Assembly: GCA_943350875.1 (NCBI GenBank)
Contig: CALRAL010000001.1
Span: 4,829-68,828, forward strand
Direction of reading: 5' to 3'
From: Candidatus Nomurabacteria bacterium
GTDB taxonomy: Bacteria > Patescibacteriota > Minisyncoccia > Phycocordibacterales > UBA9973
DNA: 64,000 nucleotides
Shown here in pieces: positions 19,156 to 28,287 of the stretch. The position numbers were made by a program, and so were the translations under genes. Below the pieces are notes generated by a model. The model did not search any database. It saw nothing but the letters and a program-made list of their open reading frames with translations, and was not told the origin of the DNA. Position 1 is the stretch's first letter. Each line of letters opens with the position of its first letter.

Positions 19156-20589
19156 ATGATTGATTTAAAAAACCTAACAATTGAAAAAGCACATAATAGT
19201 CTAAAAAAAGGCGAATTTACTTGCCGTCAATTAGCTGAAGCTTATTTAGAAAATATAAAAGAAAAAAATAAATTACTCAATGCATATTTGGAAATTTATG
19301 ATGATGTATTAGCGCAAGCAGATAAAGCACAGAAAATGTTTAAGGAGGGGCAGGATACAATACTCACTGGTATTCCGTTTGGTATTAAAGATAATATTTT
19401 ATTTGAAGGACATATAGCTTCGGCTGGTTCGAAAATTTTAGAGAATTATAAAGCATCTTATAGTGCTACAGTTATAAAAGAATTAATTAAAGCCGGGGCA
19501 GTTATTTTAGGACGTACCAATATGGATGAGTTTGCCATGGGTTCTTCCACTGAATATTCTGCTTATGGGCCTACAAAAAATCCTCTTGATACTTCTCGAG
19601 TGCCAGGTGGAACCTCTGGGGGCTCAGCTGCTGTGACATCTGCAAATATGGCTTTGGTGACATTGGGGACAGAGACTTGTGGCTCAGTCAGGGAGCCCGC
19701 TGCCTTTTGTGGAGTAGTAGGTATCAAGCCGACTTATGGGGGAATTTCAAGACATGGGGTGATAGCTATGGGGAACTCTTTAGATCAAGTTTCACCATTT
19801 GGTAAAACTGTAGGGGATGCCGAGATAGTTTGTAATGCGCTTTTAAAATATGACAAAGATGATGCTACTTCTGTACCTGTCTCCTCAAGGACGGTCCTTA
19901 AGAAGTCTCTCCAAGGACCGTCCTTTTCCCGACAGAAAATAGGTGTGCCGTGGCATTTATTTGAAAATGATCTAGATAAAGTAATCATGGATAATTTTAA
20001 AGAATCTATTGAGAAATTAAAAAAGGCTGGATATGAGATAGTAGATATCGAACTTCCCTATGCTAAATATTCTCTCGCAGTATATTACATAGTCATGCCG
20101 GCGGAAGTATCTACGAACCTTTCCCGTTTTGATGGTATCCGTTATGGTTTTCATTACGACGGCAAAGACTTGATGGAAGTGTACAAGAAAAGCAGAGCTA
20201 AAGGCTTCGGAGCCGAAGCAAGGAGAAGAATTTTACTTGGTACCTATGTGCTTTCTCATGGATATTACGATGCGTATTATAATAGAGCTGTGAAAATACG
20301 TGAGAAAATAAAAGAGGAGATGAATGAAGCTTTTCAAAAAGTTGATTTTATTGTCACTCCCACCGCGCCATTTTTACCATTTAAATTAGGGGAGAAACTC
20401 AATGATCCAGTGTCGATGTATCTCTGCGATTTATTTAATGCACCGGCAAACCTGACAGGCACACCATCGATAGCTATCCCAGCTGGATTTAACAGTGAAG
20501 GTTTACCTTTTTCAATCCAGTTTACAGCGCCTCACTTTTGCGAAGATGCGTTATTTAATGTCGGTAAGAAATTTGAAGAAATAAGGTAA
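19156..20589 (+). CDS. gatA: Asp/Glu-tRNA amidotransferase subunit A
   Basis: IKDN, TNMDEFAMGSSTE, PGGTSGGS, SRFDGIRYG, RRILLGTY. Confidence 0.95.
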   Translation: MIDLKNLTIEKAHNSLKKGEFTCRQLAEAYLENIKEKNKLLNAYLEIYDDVLAQADKAQKMFKEGQDTILTGIPFGIKDNILFEGHIASAGSKILENYKASYSATVIKELIKAGAVILGRTNMDEFAMGSSTEYSAYGPTKNPLDTSRVPGGTSGGSAAVTSANMALVTLGTETCGSVREPAAFCGVVGIKPTYGGISRHGVIAMGNSLDQVSPFGKTVGDAEIVCNALLKYDKDDATSVPVSSRTVLKKSLQGPSFSRQKIGVPWHLFENDLDKVIMDNFKESIEKLKKAGYEIVDIELPYAKYSLAVYYIVMPAEVSTNLSRFDGIRYGFHYDGKDLMEVYKKSRAKGFGAEARRRILLGTYVLSHGYYDAYYNRAVKIREKIKEEMNEAFQKVDFIVTPTAPFLPFKLGEKLNDPVSMYLCDLFNAPANLTGTPSIAIPAGFNSEGLPFSIQFTAPHFCEDALFNVGKKFEEIR

Positions 20590-20617
20590 TTTTCGTGATA
20601 TAATTCTGTTATAAATT

Positions 20618-21238
20618 ATGTATACATCATCAAGCCCTAGCGATATTTTTGGAAAATCTTTTTTGGATTCTAAATTTTTCAATGCTGATTATTTATTTAA
20701 AAGTGGCACTCACATATTAAGTCAAATTAATTATTTAGAAATCTGGAGTATTATAAAAGTATTTTTATTGATTATTTCCATTTTTTTCTTAATCTTGATT
20801 GCTTATGTAGTAGTGCGAATGCTTGAACTTCGTAAAAAAGAACACGAACATTTGCATCATGAGATAGAGGAATACGCGCATCACCACGCAGAAAAAGAAA
20901 CTTCAGTTATAGGAGCAGATTTTAAGAATGAAAAATGGAAAAAGGTTTTAGAATATACCTTGTCTCCAAATGAAAATGATTGGAAACTGGCAGTGATAGA
21001 AGCTAATTCCATGCTTGAAGTTTTGGTAGGGGATCTTGGTTTTAAAGGGGAAAGTTTAGGGGAGAAACTCAAAAATGCTGACAGAGATAGTTTTCATAGT
21101 TTGAGTTCAGCTTGGGAAGTTCATACTATTAGGAATAGGATTGCTCACGAAGGTTCTGCATTTATACTTACTCAACGTGAAGCAAAGAGGGTAGTAGCCC
21201 TCTATGAGCAGATTTTTAAAGAGTTTGGGTTTATTTAG
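20618..21238 (+). CDS. Membrane-anchored hypothetical protein
   Basis: TM helix; WKLAVIEA, LGEKLK, AWEVHTIRNRIAH (RxxxxH, HEPN-like). Confidence 0.7.
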   Translation: MYTSSSPSDIFGKSFLDSKFFNADYLFKSGTHILSQINYLEIWSIIKVFLLIISIFFLILIAYVVVRMLELRKKEHEHLHHEIEEYAHHHAEKETSVIGADFKNEKWKKVLEYTLSPNENDWKLAVIEANSMLEVLVGDLGFKGESLGEKLKNADRDSFHSLSSAWEVHTIRNRIAHEGSAFILTQREAKRVVALYEQIFKEFGFI

Positions 21239-21243
21239 AATTG

Positions 21244-21557
21244 TTGCGGGGAACCGAATCGAACGGTTGTCTTAAGGTTATGCTTTACCACTATAGTTTT
21301 CACTACAAAAATTTTGTGGTCTGGACTATACCATCTCCTTTTCTAAAAAATAAATTAAAGATTAAGGAGCTCGCCATCTAGTCTCTACACTTTTATCTTT
21401 AGTTAAACACCAAAGAATTTAGCTCGGAATTGTCTTTCTACAAAATATGCAGATAGGATTTCTCCGAATTTGACGAGTACACACCCCTATGTTTCCAAAG
21501 AGGGGGCCCATATTTTCTAACGCTGAGCCTTATGAGATACCACTTCTCTACCCCGCG
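21244..21557 (-). tRNA. tRNA-Met(CAT), initiator-type, interrupted by a group I intron
   Basis: Exon 1 21557-21526 CGCGGGGTAGAGAAGTGGTATCTCATAAGGCT; exon 2 21282-21244 CATAACCTTAAGACAACCGTTCGATTCGGTTCCCCGCAA; C1:A72 mismatch. Confidence 0.88.
21283..21525 (-). ncRNA. Group I intron (243 nt, ORF-less)
   Basis: Inserted after U33 and ends in G; P (AAATTCGGAGAA), Q (AATTCCGAGC), R (GTAGAGACTAGATGG), S (GGTATAGTCC); IGS UAUGGGCC can form P1 and P10. Confidence 0.88.
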
Positions 21558-21656
21558 ATGTTTTCTATGATACATTAAAAAATTAGTTTTTGCAAATGTA
21601 ACTTATGATTTTCTATGGTTTGCATTAATAATAGAACTTATGATATACTGTTATAT

Positions 21657-22349
21657 ATGTCTAAATATAATGAACGAATAAGAGCTTTATCAATGAGAAG
21701 AGAAGGAGTTTCTATTCTTGTCATTGCGAGAGAACTTGGAGTCTCAAAAGGTACAGCTAGTAAATGGTGTCGAAATATAGTTTTGACTAAAGAACAATTT
21801 GAAAATTTAAAAAGAAATCAAGGAATATCAGTAAAAACAGGTCAAAGAATTGGAGCGGAAATGAACAAAAGGAAAAGGATTGATGCTATTAAGTCGGCTG
21901 ATATTTGGGGAAGTGAACTTATTAAAAAAATTTCTAAAAGAGAGTTATTATTGATCGCTACAGCGTTGTATTGGAGTGAAGGATCAAAAAGTGATCGTAC
22001 TTCGGGTTTTATATTTGTTAATTCGGACCCAGAGATGATTTTGGTAATGAAATTGTTTTTAGTAAATGTTCTAGATATACCGTCTGAAGAAATAGTATGT
22101 TCTATTCAGATTAATAGGATTCATGAAAAAAGGATAAACACTGTCTTGAATTTTTGGAAAAAACTGCTAAACTTACCAGATAATCAGTTTAGAAAACCTT
22201 ATTATGTAAATACCAAAATAAGTAAGGTGTATGATAATTATGATAATTATTACGGTATATGTAGATTGGTTGTAAGGAAAGGTATGAATTGGAAATACAG
22301 AATGATTGGTTTAATCAAGGCAGTAAAGAATAATATATTGTCGGCATAG
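21657..22349 (+). CDS. HTH plus LAGLIDADG-like protein abutting a tRNA
   Basis: IARELGVSKGTASKW HTH; ALYWSEGSK...FVNSDP; stop codon lies inside the tRNA starting at 22340. Confidence 0.7.
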   Translation: MSKYNERIRALSMRREGVSILVIARELGVSKGTASKWCRNIVLTKEQFENLKRNQGISVKTGQRIGAEMNKRKRIDAIKSADIWGSELIKKISKRELLLIATALYWSEGSKSDRTSGFIFVNSDPEMILVMKLFLVNVLDIPSEEIVCSIQINRIHEKRINTVLNFWKKLLNLPDNQFRKPYYVNTKISKVYDNYDNYYGICRLVVRKGMNWKYRMIGLIKAVKNNILSA

Positions 22350-22413
22350 CTCAGGTAGTTAGAGCGGGCGTTTCATAAGCGCCAGGTCCCAAGTGCAACT
22401 CTTGGTGCCGACA
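22340..22413 (+). tRNA. tRNA-Met or Ile2 (CAT)
   Basis: GTCGGCA/TGCCGAC acceptor stem; GGCGT-TTCATAA-GCGCC anticodon arm. Confidence 0.88.
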
Positions 22414-22461
22414 CAAGCAGATTAGGGAATTACCTTAATTTGTGATTAAATACATACGTTT

Positions 22462-22533
22462 GCGGCTGTAGCTCAACGGTAGAGCACCCGCCTGTCACGT
22501 GGGAGGCCGTGGGGTCAGCACCCATCAGCCGCG
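22462..22533 (+). tRNA. tRNA-Asp(GTC)
   Basis: GCGGCTG/CAGCCGC acceptor; CCCGC-CTGTCAC-GTGGG; G73; atypical T loop. Confidence 0.9.
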
Positions 22534-22540
22534 CAAATTA

Positions 22541-22572
22541 AAAAAGAACTTAGCTTCGGCTAAGTCTTTTTT
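22541..22572. terminator. Intrinsic terminator after tRNA-Asp
   Basis: cttagc-ttcg-gctaag with A-run before and T-run after. Confidence 0.7.
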
Positions 22573-22810
22573 AATTCTTGCAAGACGAAAAAATATCTTT
22601 TAGACATTTCGTTGGGTGCTGACAGGCGGAGCTATATTTTGTCAGCAGATAAAATTACGAGCCGGGGTCGCGAAATTTCCGAGCGACGGCGAGGAAATAT
22701 TTGTGACCAAACCCATCAGTCGCACAAACAGCAAAAATTACTAGGTCTTGCCTAGTAATTTTTGCTTTTAAAAAGCCTCTTTTTTTGCTATAGTGGCTAA
22801 GTTAGCTTAT

Positions 22811-22882
22811 GCCGTCGTAGCTTAGTGGTAAAGCACTGACTTGGTAAGTCAGAGACCATGGGTCCGATCCCCATCGACGGCT
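22811..22882 (+). tRNA. tRNA-Thr(GGT)
   Basis: GCCGTCG/CGACGGC acceptor; CTGAC-TTGGTAA-GTCAG. Confidence 0.92.
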
Positions 22883-22889
22883 CTCGTTT

Positions 22890-22965
22890 GCCGATGTAGC
22901 TCAGTTGGTAGAGCATCGCTTTCGTAAAGCGAGGGTCGACAGTTCAATCCTGTCCATCGGCTCCA
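22890..22965 (+). tRNA. tRNA-Thr(CGT), integration target of element 1
   Basis: GCCGATG/CATCGGC acceptor; TCGCT-TTCGTAA-AGCGA; ends TCCA. Confidence 0.92.
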
Positions 22966-24493
22966 AAACCCGACTTTTTTGTTGGGAACTCACAAAGGAG
23001 TGGGCGTCGCAAAGCGACGCCCATGCTGTTTGCATTTGTTTTGCGGGGGGATTCAGAAATTCTGGCGCGCTTGCGCGCACTAATTTGTTTTGGAGGAGGA
23101 GGTTCGAGCCAAAGATTTCTTTGGCACAGACCTTTTTGCAAAAAAGGTCTGTATCCAATGCAATTTTTTCCATATTCTGGGCTTTATTTATCCATTTTTG
23201 CATCGGTTCGAGCCACAATTTTTGTTTACCTTCCGAACGAGAAATTTCTGTCTCCAGCGACTTTTTCTCGGATAACAATTTTGATTTTTCAGAACGATAA
23301 ATTTCCTTTTCTATATCTTGGTCTAAATATCCGTCTAAAAGTCGCTGGAGCTTCACCACGATGTCTTGTATCTTCTTCTCGTTCTCCGAAACAAAAATTT
23401 GAACAGATTGGGCGGATTCCGTTTTGTCTTTTTCAAGTCTCATATTCAAATAATCCGCCCAATCTTGCGGCATAGAAACTTTTTGCAAGAGTGATGAAAT
23501 TTGTTCGTCCAACGACTCTTGGCGAATACAAGGTTCAGGACATTTCATATCTCGGCGTTTCTTGGTGCAACGATAGTAAGTGTAAAAATGTTGAGTTCCG
23601 TTAAGCTGTGTCTTCACCTTGTATTCGCCAGTGATCATCATTCCGCAAGTGGCACATGATAACAAACCACAATATGCTTGCGGTTCATTTTTCATTTTAT
23701 GTCGTGGACGACCTCTTTCTTTCATCACTTCTTGCACTTTGTCCCAAAGTCTCTTATCCACGATTGGCTCATGCTTGCCCTCATACACTTCTTTATTAAA
23801 TCTAAAATGTCCGTAATAAAATGGATTGGATAAAATGAAAGTGGCACGGGTTCGGTGGATTTTCTTTCCGTTTTTTGCAAAAAGATTATTCTGCGCCAAA
23901 AACATACCGATAGTGTCTAGTGTTTGATTTCCCTCTGAATACATCTCAAACGCCTTGAGAATAACAGGCGCGGACTTTTTATCAACTGCGATAGTTTTTG
24001 TTCGTGAATCGTTGATATAACCAACAGGAGTTAGTCCTGGATATTCTCCGCGCCTAACTTTTTGGCGCATCCCCCTTTTTGTATTTTCGGAAAGAGAATC
24101 CACATAATACTTACTTTGCCCAAACGCCATGTTGAGCATAAATTTTCCTTGTGAAGTGCTATCGCACCAAAATGTTGGAAATTTTAGCGTAGCAAGTTTC
24201 TCTGTGTCGAGGAGGTAAATTACTCGTCCACCATCAACGCTATTTCTTGCGAGACGATCCGGATGCCAAGCGAGAATGCTTCCGCCGAGTTTTTCAATCT
24301 CATCTAACATTTTATTAAATATCGGACGACCTGGAATTTTCGCAGATTGTTTTTCCACATACTCGGCGGAAATTTCAATCGCTTCTCGCTTGGCATAGTC
24401 TCGCAATTCGTCCAACTGTGCTTCAATAGACAAAACTTGTTTATCCTCGACATCAGTAGACTTGCGAGCGTACAAAAAGAATTTTTGTGACAT
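22901..24493 (-). CDS. Large serine recombinase (resolvase, recombinase and zinc-ribbon domains)
   Basis: YARKST catalytic Ser, DRLARN, CATCG...YYRC, coiled coil; C-terminus read from the antisense tRNA. Confidence 0.95.
   Translation of the reverse strand: MSQKFFLYARKSTDVEDKQVLSIEAQLDELRDYAKREAIEISAEYVEKQSAKIPGRPIFNKMLDEIEKLGGSILAWHPDRLARNSVDGGRVIYLLDTEKLATLKFPTFWCDSTSQGKFMLNMAFGQSKYYVDSLSENTKRGMRQKVRRGEYPGLTPVGYINDSRTKTIAVDKKSAPVILKAFEMYSEGNQTLDTIGMFLAQNNLFAKNGKKIHRTRATFILSNPFYYGHFRFNKEVYEGKHEPIVDKRLWDKVQEVMKERGRPRHKMKNEPQAYCGLLSCATCGMMITGEYKVKTQLNGTQHFYTYYRCTKKRRDMKCPEPCIRQESLDEQISSLLQKVSMPQDWADYLNMRLEKDKTESAQSVQIFVSENEKKIQDIVVKLQRLLDGYLDQDIEKEIYRSEKSKLLSEKKSLETEISRSEGKQKLWLEPMQKWINKAQNMEKIALDTDLFCKKVCAKEIFGSNLLLQNKLVRASAPEFLNPPAKQMQTAWASLCDAHSFVSSQQKSRVLEPMDRIELSTLALRKRCSTN
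22961..23106. repeat. Element 1 IR-A outer copy (146 bp)
   Basis: Reverse complement of 24674-24819; no mismatch seen. Confidence 0.92.
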
Positions 24494-24673
24494 ATATTTT
24501 TTTGTTAAAGCAGAAATGACTATTCCAGTGTTGAAACCTTAACGCTAATTAAGATATCTGGAATAGTCATTTCTGCTAATTAGCTAATAACTGGTTTCAA
24601 CATTTCTAGTATAGCAAAAAATATTTGAGAACAAAAATTCTTTTTGAATAATTGCAAAAATTGCATTAGATTC

Positions 24674-25127
24674 CGAACCTCCTCCTCCAAAACAAATTAG
24701 TGCGCGCAAGCGCGCCAGAATTTCTGAATCCCCCCGCAAAACAAATGCAAACAGCATGGGCGTCGCTTTGCGACGCCCACTCCTTTGTGAGTTCCCAACA
24801 AAAAAGTCGGGTTTTGGAGTGTCTTTACGATTCCGCTCGAACTTACTTTATCAAAAATTCCTGAGAATATCCACAAGCGTTCCCCGCGCGCTAAAGCGCC
24901 ACCACGCGAAGCGTGGTGCTTCTGCTGAAGCAGAAGTGCGGGAAACGCTCTGCACCTCGCCACTAATGTTTTTCAAACGAGGCGAGGTGCAGAAATGCGG
25001 AACGCGAGCGAAATTTTGCGAAATGCTGGGGGTGTGGGGGAAAGTATTTCGCAAAAATTCGCTCGCGTACTTCCTGATTTTTTTTGGCAAATTAATTTTT
25101 TTGAATTTTTGCTCTCAGAGTTTTGAG
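24674..25127. repeat. Element 1 internal IR-A plus IR-B (intact attP-like copy)
   Basis: Contiguous inverted copies of both element ends joined at GAG 24817-24819. Confidence 0.9.
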
Positions 25128-25355
25128 CCTACAATAAAAAAGTAAAATATGTTATAGTATATTTGCTGACAGATAAATATATTTAGAGCATTCATTGATG
25201 GTTTTTCCGTCAATCGCGTCCAATATTGGCATCCCAATATGAGGAAACACGATTGACGGTGAATGCCGTTTATCTGTCAGCACCTCTTTGTTGGGGTGCC
25301 TATTTTGTTTTTAGGTATCCAATACAAAGATTTTATAAATATAAATCTTAATAAA

Positions 25356-26189
25356 ATGGAAAACCTAGAGACACCCAAAAAAATTGAAACAAAATTTGAA
25401 AGATTAAAAAATTTTCTTGAAACACATAAAAATTCGATTGCAATGGTGTTTCATCGTCATGCCGAGCATACTAATGATAAAACTCAACCCGATGAATTTA
25501 GGAGATTGGCTATTGAAACTGATATAGATAAAACAATTGAGGCAGCAGGTTTAATTGATTTCGATTTAACAGTAGCATATTCTGTAAAAAGTTTACGTTC
25601 ATTTTTAACTGCTTATTATTTATTAAAACCAAATGATAGTATAAGTCTCGATCAAGAATCTCAAATTTTGCAATATGAAGCAATTCATTCTGGGCCAATG
25701 AAAAACAAAATACGTTCAAAAAAAGAACTAGATTATAAAGATCCAACAAAATTTAGTTTTTTTGAAGAATTAACAAAAGCTTTTAATGAAAACAAAATGT
25801 TGGAATTTTTAGTACATCATTCTGATGAATATGTTGCTAAGGGTGAAGATATTAGTGCTTACACTGTTGTGGCAAAAGATATAGCAAAAATTGCTCAAAC
25901 CTATATTAGATTTATTCCTAGGTGGAAAAATTTATCTACATCAAAATTTAACAATAAAAATCTATTTAGAACATTTTGTGCTAGAGAAATGGTATATGGA
26001 TGCTTTCGAGCGAAAATTACTGAGTTAGTTTCAGGAATTGAAGAGAGGGATTCGTTTGTTAAATATTATGATAAAAATTTAAGTCAAAAAGATATTGGGG
26101 TAATTATTATTAAAGATCAAGAAAATTTAGTTCTATTCGATGGTTTTGGACAATTAAGTTTTACAAGCTCAATTTTAGAAAAGATTTAA
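25356..26189 (+). CDS. Hypothetical protein, possibly histidine-phosphatase-like
   Basis: VFHRHAE resembles the RHG motif; ATG at 25356 preferred. Confidence 0.55.
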   Translation: MENLETPKKIETKFERLKNFLETHKNSIAMVFHRHAEHTNDKTQPDEFRRLAIETDIDKTIEAAGLIDFDLTVAYSVKSLRSFLTAYYLLKPNDSISLDQESQILQYEAIHSGPMKNKIRSKKELDYKDPTKFSFFEELTKAFNENKMLEFLVHHSDEYVAKGEDISAYTVVAKDIAKIAQTYIRFIPRWKNLSTSKFNNKNLFRTFCAREMVYGCFRAKITELVSGIEERDSFVKYYDKNLSQKDIGVIIIKDQENLVLFDGFGQLSFTSSILEKI

Positions 26190-26199
26190 TTAGAAATTT

Positions 26200-27153
26200 A
26201 TGGCTTTACATAATTTAACATTGGGAATCCCTGTAAGAAATGAATCATTAAACTTAAAACAATTTATTAATTCTTTAAACATTTCTGTCGATTATTTACA
26301 AAATATCTACAAAGATATCAAGATTGAAATTATAGTTTGCATAAATGGCTCTACGGACAATTCAGAAAATATTATAAAAAATGAAATAATTGCCTCACAT
26401 TTAGACGTCCATCTAATTTTTAGCTCGGAGGGTAAATTAAATGCAATCGATGCTATTTTAAATTCTAAAAAATACAATGATCTAATTGGATTTATTGATG
26501 CAGATACTTTACTTGAGGTGTCGGCAATTTATGAATTGTATGCAGAAATTGTAGATAACAAAAATTTATTTGCAGTGTATTCAAATATGACCCCTAGGGG
26601 TAATGATAGTTTTATTTATAGAATACAGAAAAGCCATTATGATTCACGTTTCTCAAATACGAGAGGATATATTCACGGAAGATTTTACATTTTAAAAAAT
26701 GCTGATTTATTAAAAGTTGAAAGAATAAAAAGAAATAATAAAAAATGGATTTTAGAATACGGTCCGTTAGTTGATGATATATATCTTTCAAGGGTAATTG
26801 TAGCGACTTATGGAGTTGGCGCCATAAAAGAAGTTGAAAAATCAATTATTTATTTTAAACCACCGCAAAATCTAATAGATTTTTTCTTTGGTTATCGTAG
26901 AATTATTATTGAGCTCAAAAGATTATCTTTTTTATATCCCGAACATAATTTTATTCAGAAAAAATATTTTTCAAAAAATAGGTATGGGTTTAAAAAATAT
27001 AAAAATTATGAACAAAAATTTTTATATTTAATTTATCAAATAATTGTTCATTTCATTAAACTGATTGTCGGTTTGGAAATATTATTAATTAATTTTAAAA
27101 TTATAAAATTAAAACATGTCTGGAAAACAACACACTCAACAAAAGTTATTTAA
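26200..27153 (+). CDS. Glycosyltransferase family 2
   Basis: IPVRNE, NGSTDNS, FIDAD. Confidence 0.85.
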   Translation: MALHNLTLGIPVRNESLNLKQFINSLNISVDYLQNIYKDIKIEIIVCINGSTDNSENIIKNEIIASHLDVHLIFSSEGKLNAIDAILNSKKYNDLIGFIDADTLLEVSAIYELYAEIVDNKNLFAVYSNMTPRGNDSFIYRIQKSHYDSRFSNTRGYIHGRFYILKNADLLKVERIKRNNKKWILEYGPLVDDIYLSRVIVATYGVGAIKEVEKSIIYFKPPQNLIDFFFGYRRIIIELKRLSFLYPEHNFIQKKYFSKNRYGFKKYKNYEQKFLYLIYQIIVHFIKLIVGLEILLINFKIIKLKHVWKTTHSTKVI

Positions 27154-27154
27154 T

Positions 27155-27733
27155 ATGGACAAATATTCCAAGTTAAATTTAGCATGTGGCCCAAAGGTAA
27201 AAAATAAATTTAAATTACCTTGGCTAAATGTTGATATCGATGGAAAAGCAGCTGATTTTATCTGTGATATAATGGTATTACAGAAAGAATGGAGTGGTAA
27301 ATTTGAAGAAGTTAGGGCTTCTCATGTATTAGAGCATATTTTTTTAGACGATGTGCCAAAAGTTTTATCCGAATGGATACGAGTATTAAAACCAAACGGC
27401 GTGTTAAGAATCATAGTTCCTGATCTTGATATTGTAATTGAGTCTTTAAACAGTGGTATTGATCAGAAAAAAAGGAAATCTTTATCGGTCGATACTACTA
27501 CCCCGATTTTATCTCAAATTTATGGATGGGGTTATTGGACAAAAAATACAAAAAAGGAATGGAGACACAGAATGATATATAATGAGAAACTTATTATTAA
27601 GATTTTGAAAAATCAGAAAAAATTAAAAAATATAAAAACCTACAAACAAGATCAAGATCCAGCATTTATATTCAAAATAAAAGATGATTCACAAAATATT
27701 TTTTCTTTATGTGTCCAAGCTCAAAAAAAGTAA
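27155..27733 (+). CDS. SAM-dependent methyltransferase (type 11-like)
   Basis: LNLACG, SHVLEH, RVLKPNGVLRIIVPD. Confidence 0.85.
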   Translation: MDKYSKLNLACGPKVKNKFKLPWLNVDIDGKAADFICDIMVLQKEWSGKFEEVRASHVLEHIFLDDVPKVLSEWIRVLKPNGVLRIIVPDLDIVIESLNSGIDQKKRKSLSVDTTTPILSQIYGWGYWTKNTKKEWRHRMIYNEKLIIKILKNQKKLKNIKTYKQDQDPAFIFKIKDDSQNIFSLCVQAQKK

Positions 27734-27775
27734 AGTCGATTATATTTATTAGTATTAATAGTTTAAAATAAAATT

Positions 27776-28261
27776 ATGGAACAACCAATGGATAATAAAA
27801 TGAGTAGCAAAATAGAATCAACTAATTTAAAAATTGAATTTGTAAATTTAACTTTAGGAATTGAACCCTCTAATATTGAGACTTCCCACATAAGTGCCAT
27901 ATTTCTAGTTGGCATAAAAGACGGGATGATACTCGCTGCAAGAAATGAAAGAGGGTGGGATATCCCAGGAGGTCACGTAGATGCTGATGATACAGATTTG
28001 TATTCTGCATTAGTACGAGAAGTAGATGAAGAATCAGGTGTAACACTCAAAAAAGCTAAGCCTTTTGCTATCATGAGATTTGATGGAAAAGATAAATCAA
28101 TGCTGTTTTATGTATCCGATGCTTTTGAATTAGAAGAGTTTATACCAAAGGAAGATGCGTTTGAAAGACAAATGATGCCCATTCCAGAATTTATAGAAAA
28201 ATATAATTGGAAGAAAAACGTAATTCAACCAATAATTGAATATGCTATTCAAAATAAATAA
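27776..28261 (+). CDS. NUDIX hydrolase
   Basis: PGGHVD...ALVREVDEESG Nudix box. Confidence 0.9.
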   Translation: MEQPMDNKMSSKIESTNLKIEFVNLTLGIEPSNIETSHISAIFLVGIKDGMILAARNERGWDIPGGHVDADDTDLYSALVREVDEESGVTLKKAKPFAIMRFDGKDKSMLFYVSDAFELEEFIPKEDAFERQMMPIPEFIEKYNWKKNVIQPIIEYAIQNK

Positions 28262-28287
28262 GAATTTAAATTAAAGTATTTACTCCT

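Noticed and set aside
22905-23475. Several overlapping ORFs antisense or frame-shifted to recombinase 1
   Set aside because: Shadow ORFs caused by GC-rich repeats within a clear gene on the minus strand.
24697-25145. ORFs in the internal repeat, mirrored at 28249-28600
   Set aside because: Their mutual similarity is explained by the DNA inverted repeat; indels between the copies break the frames.
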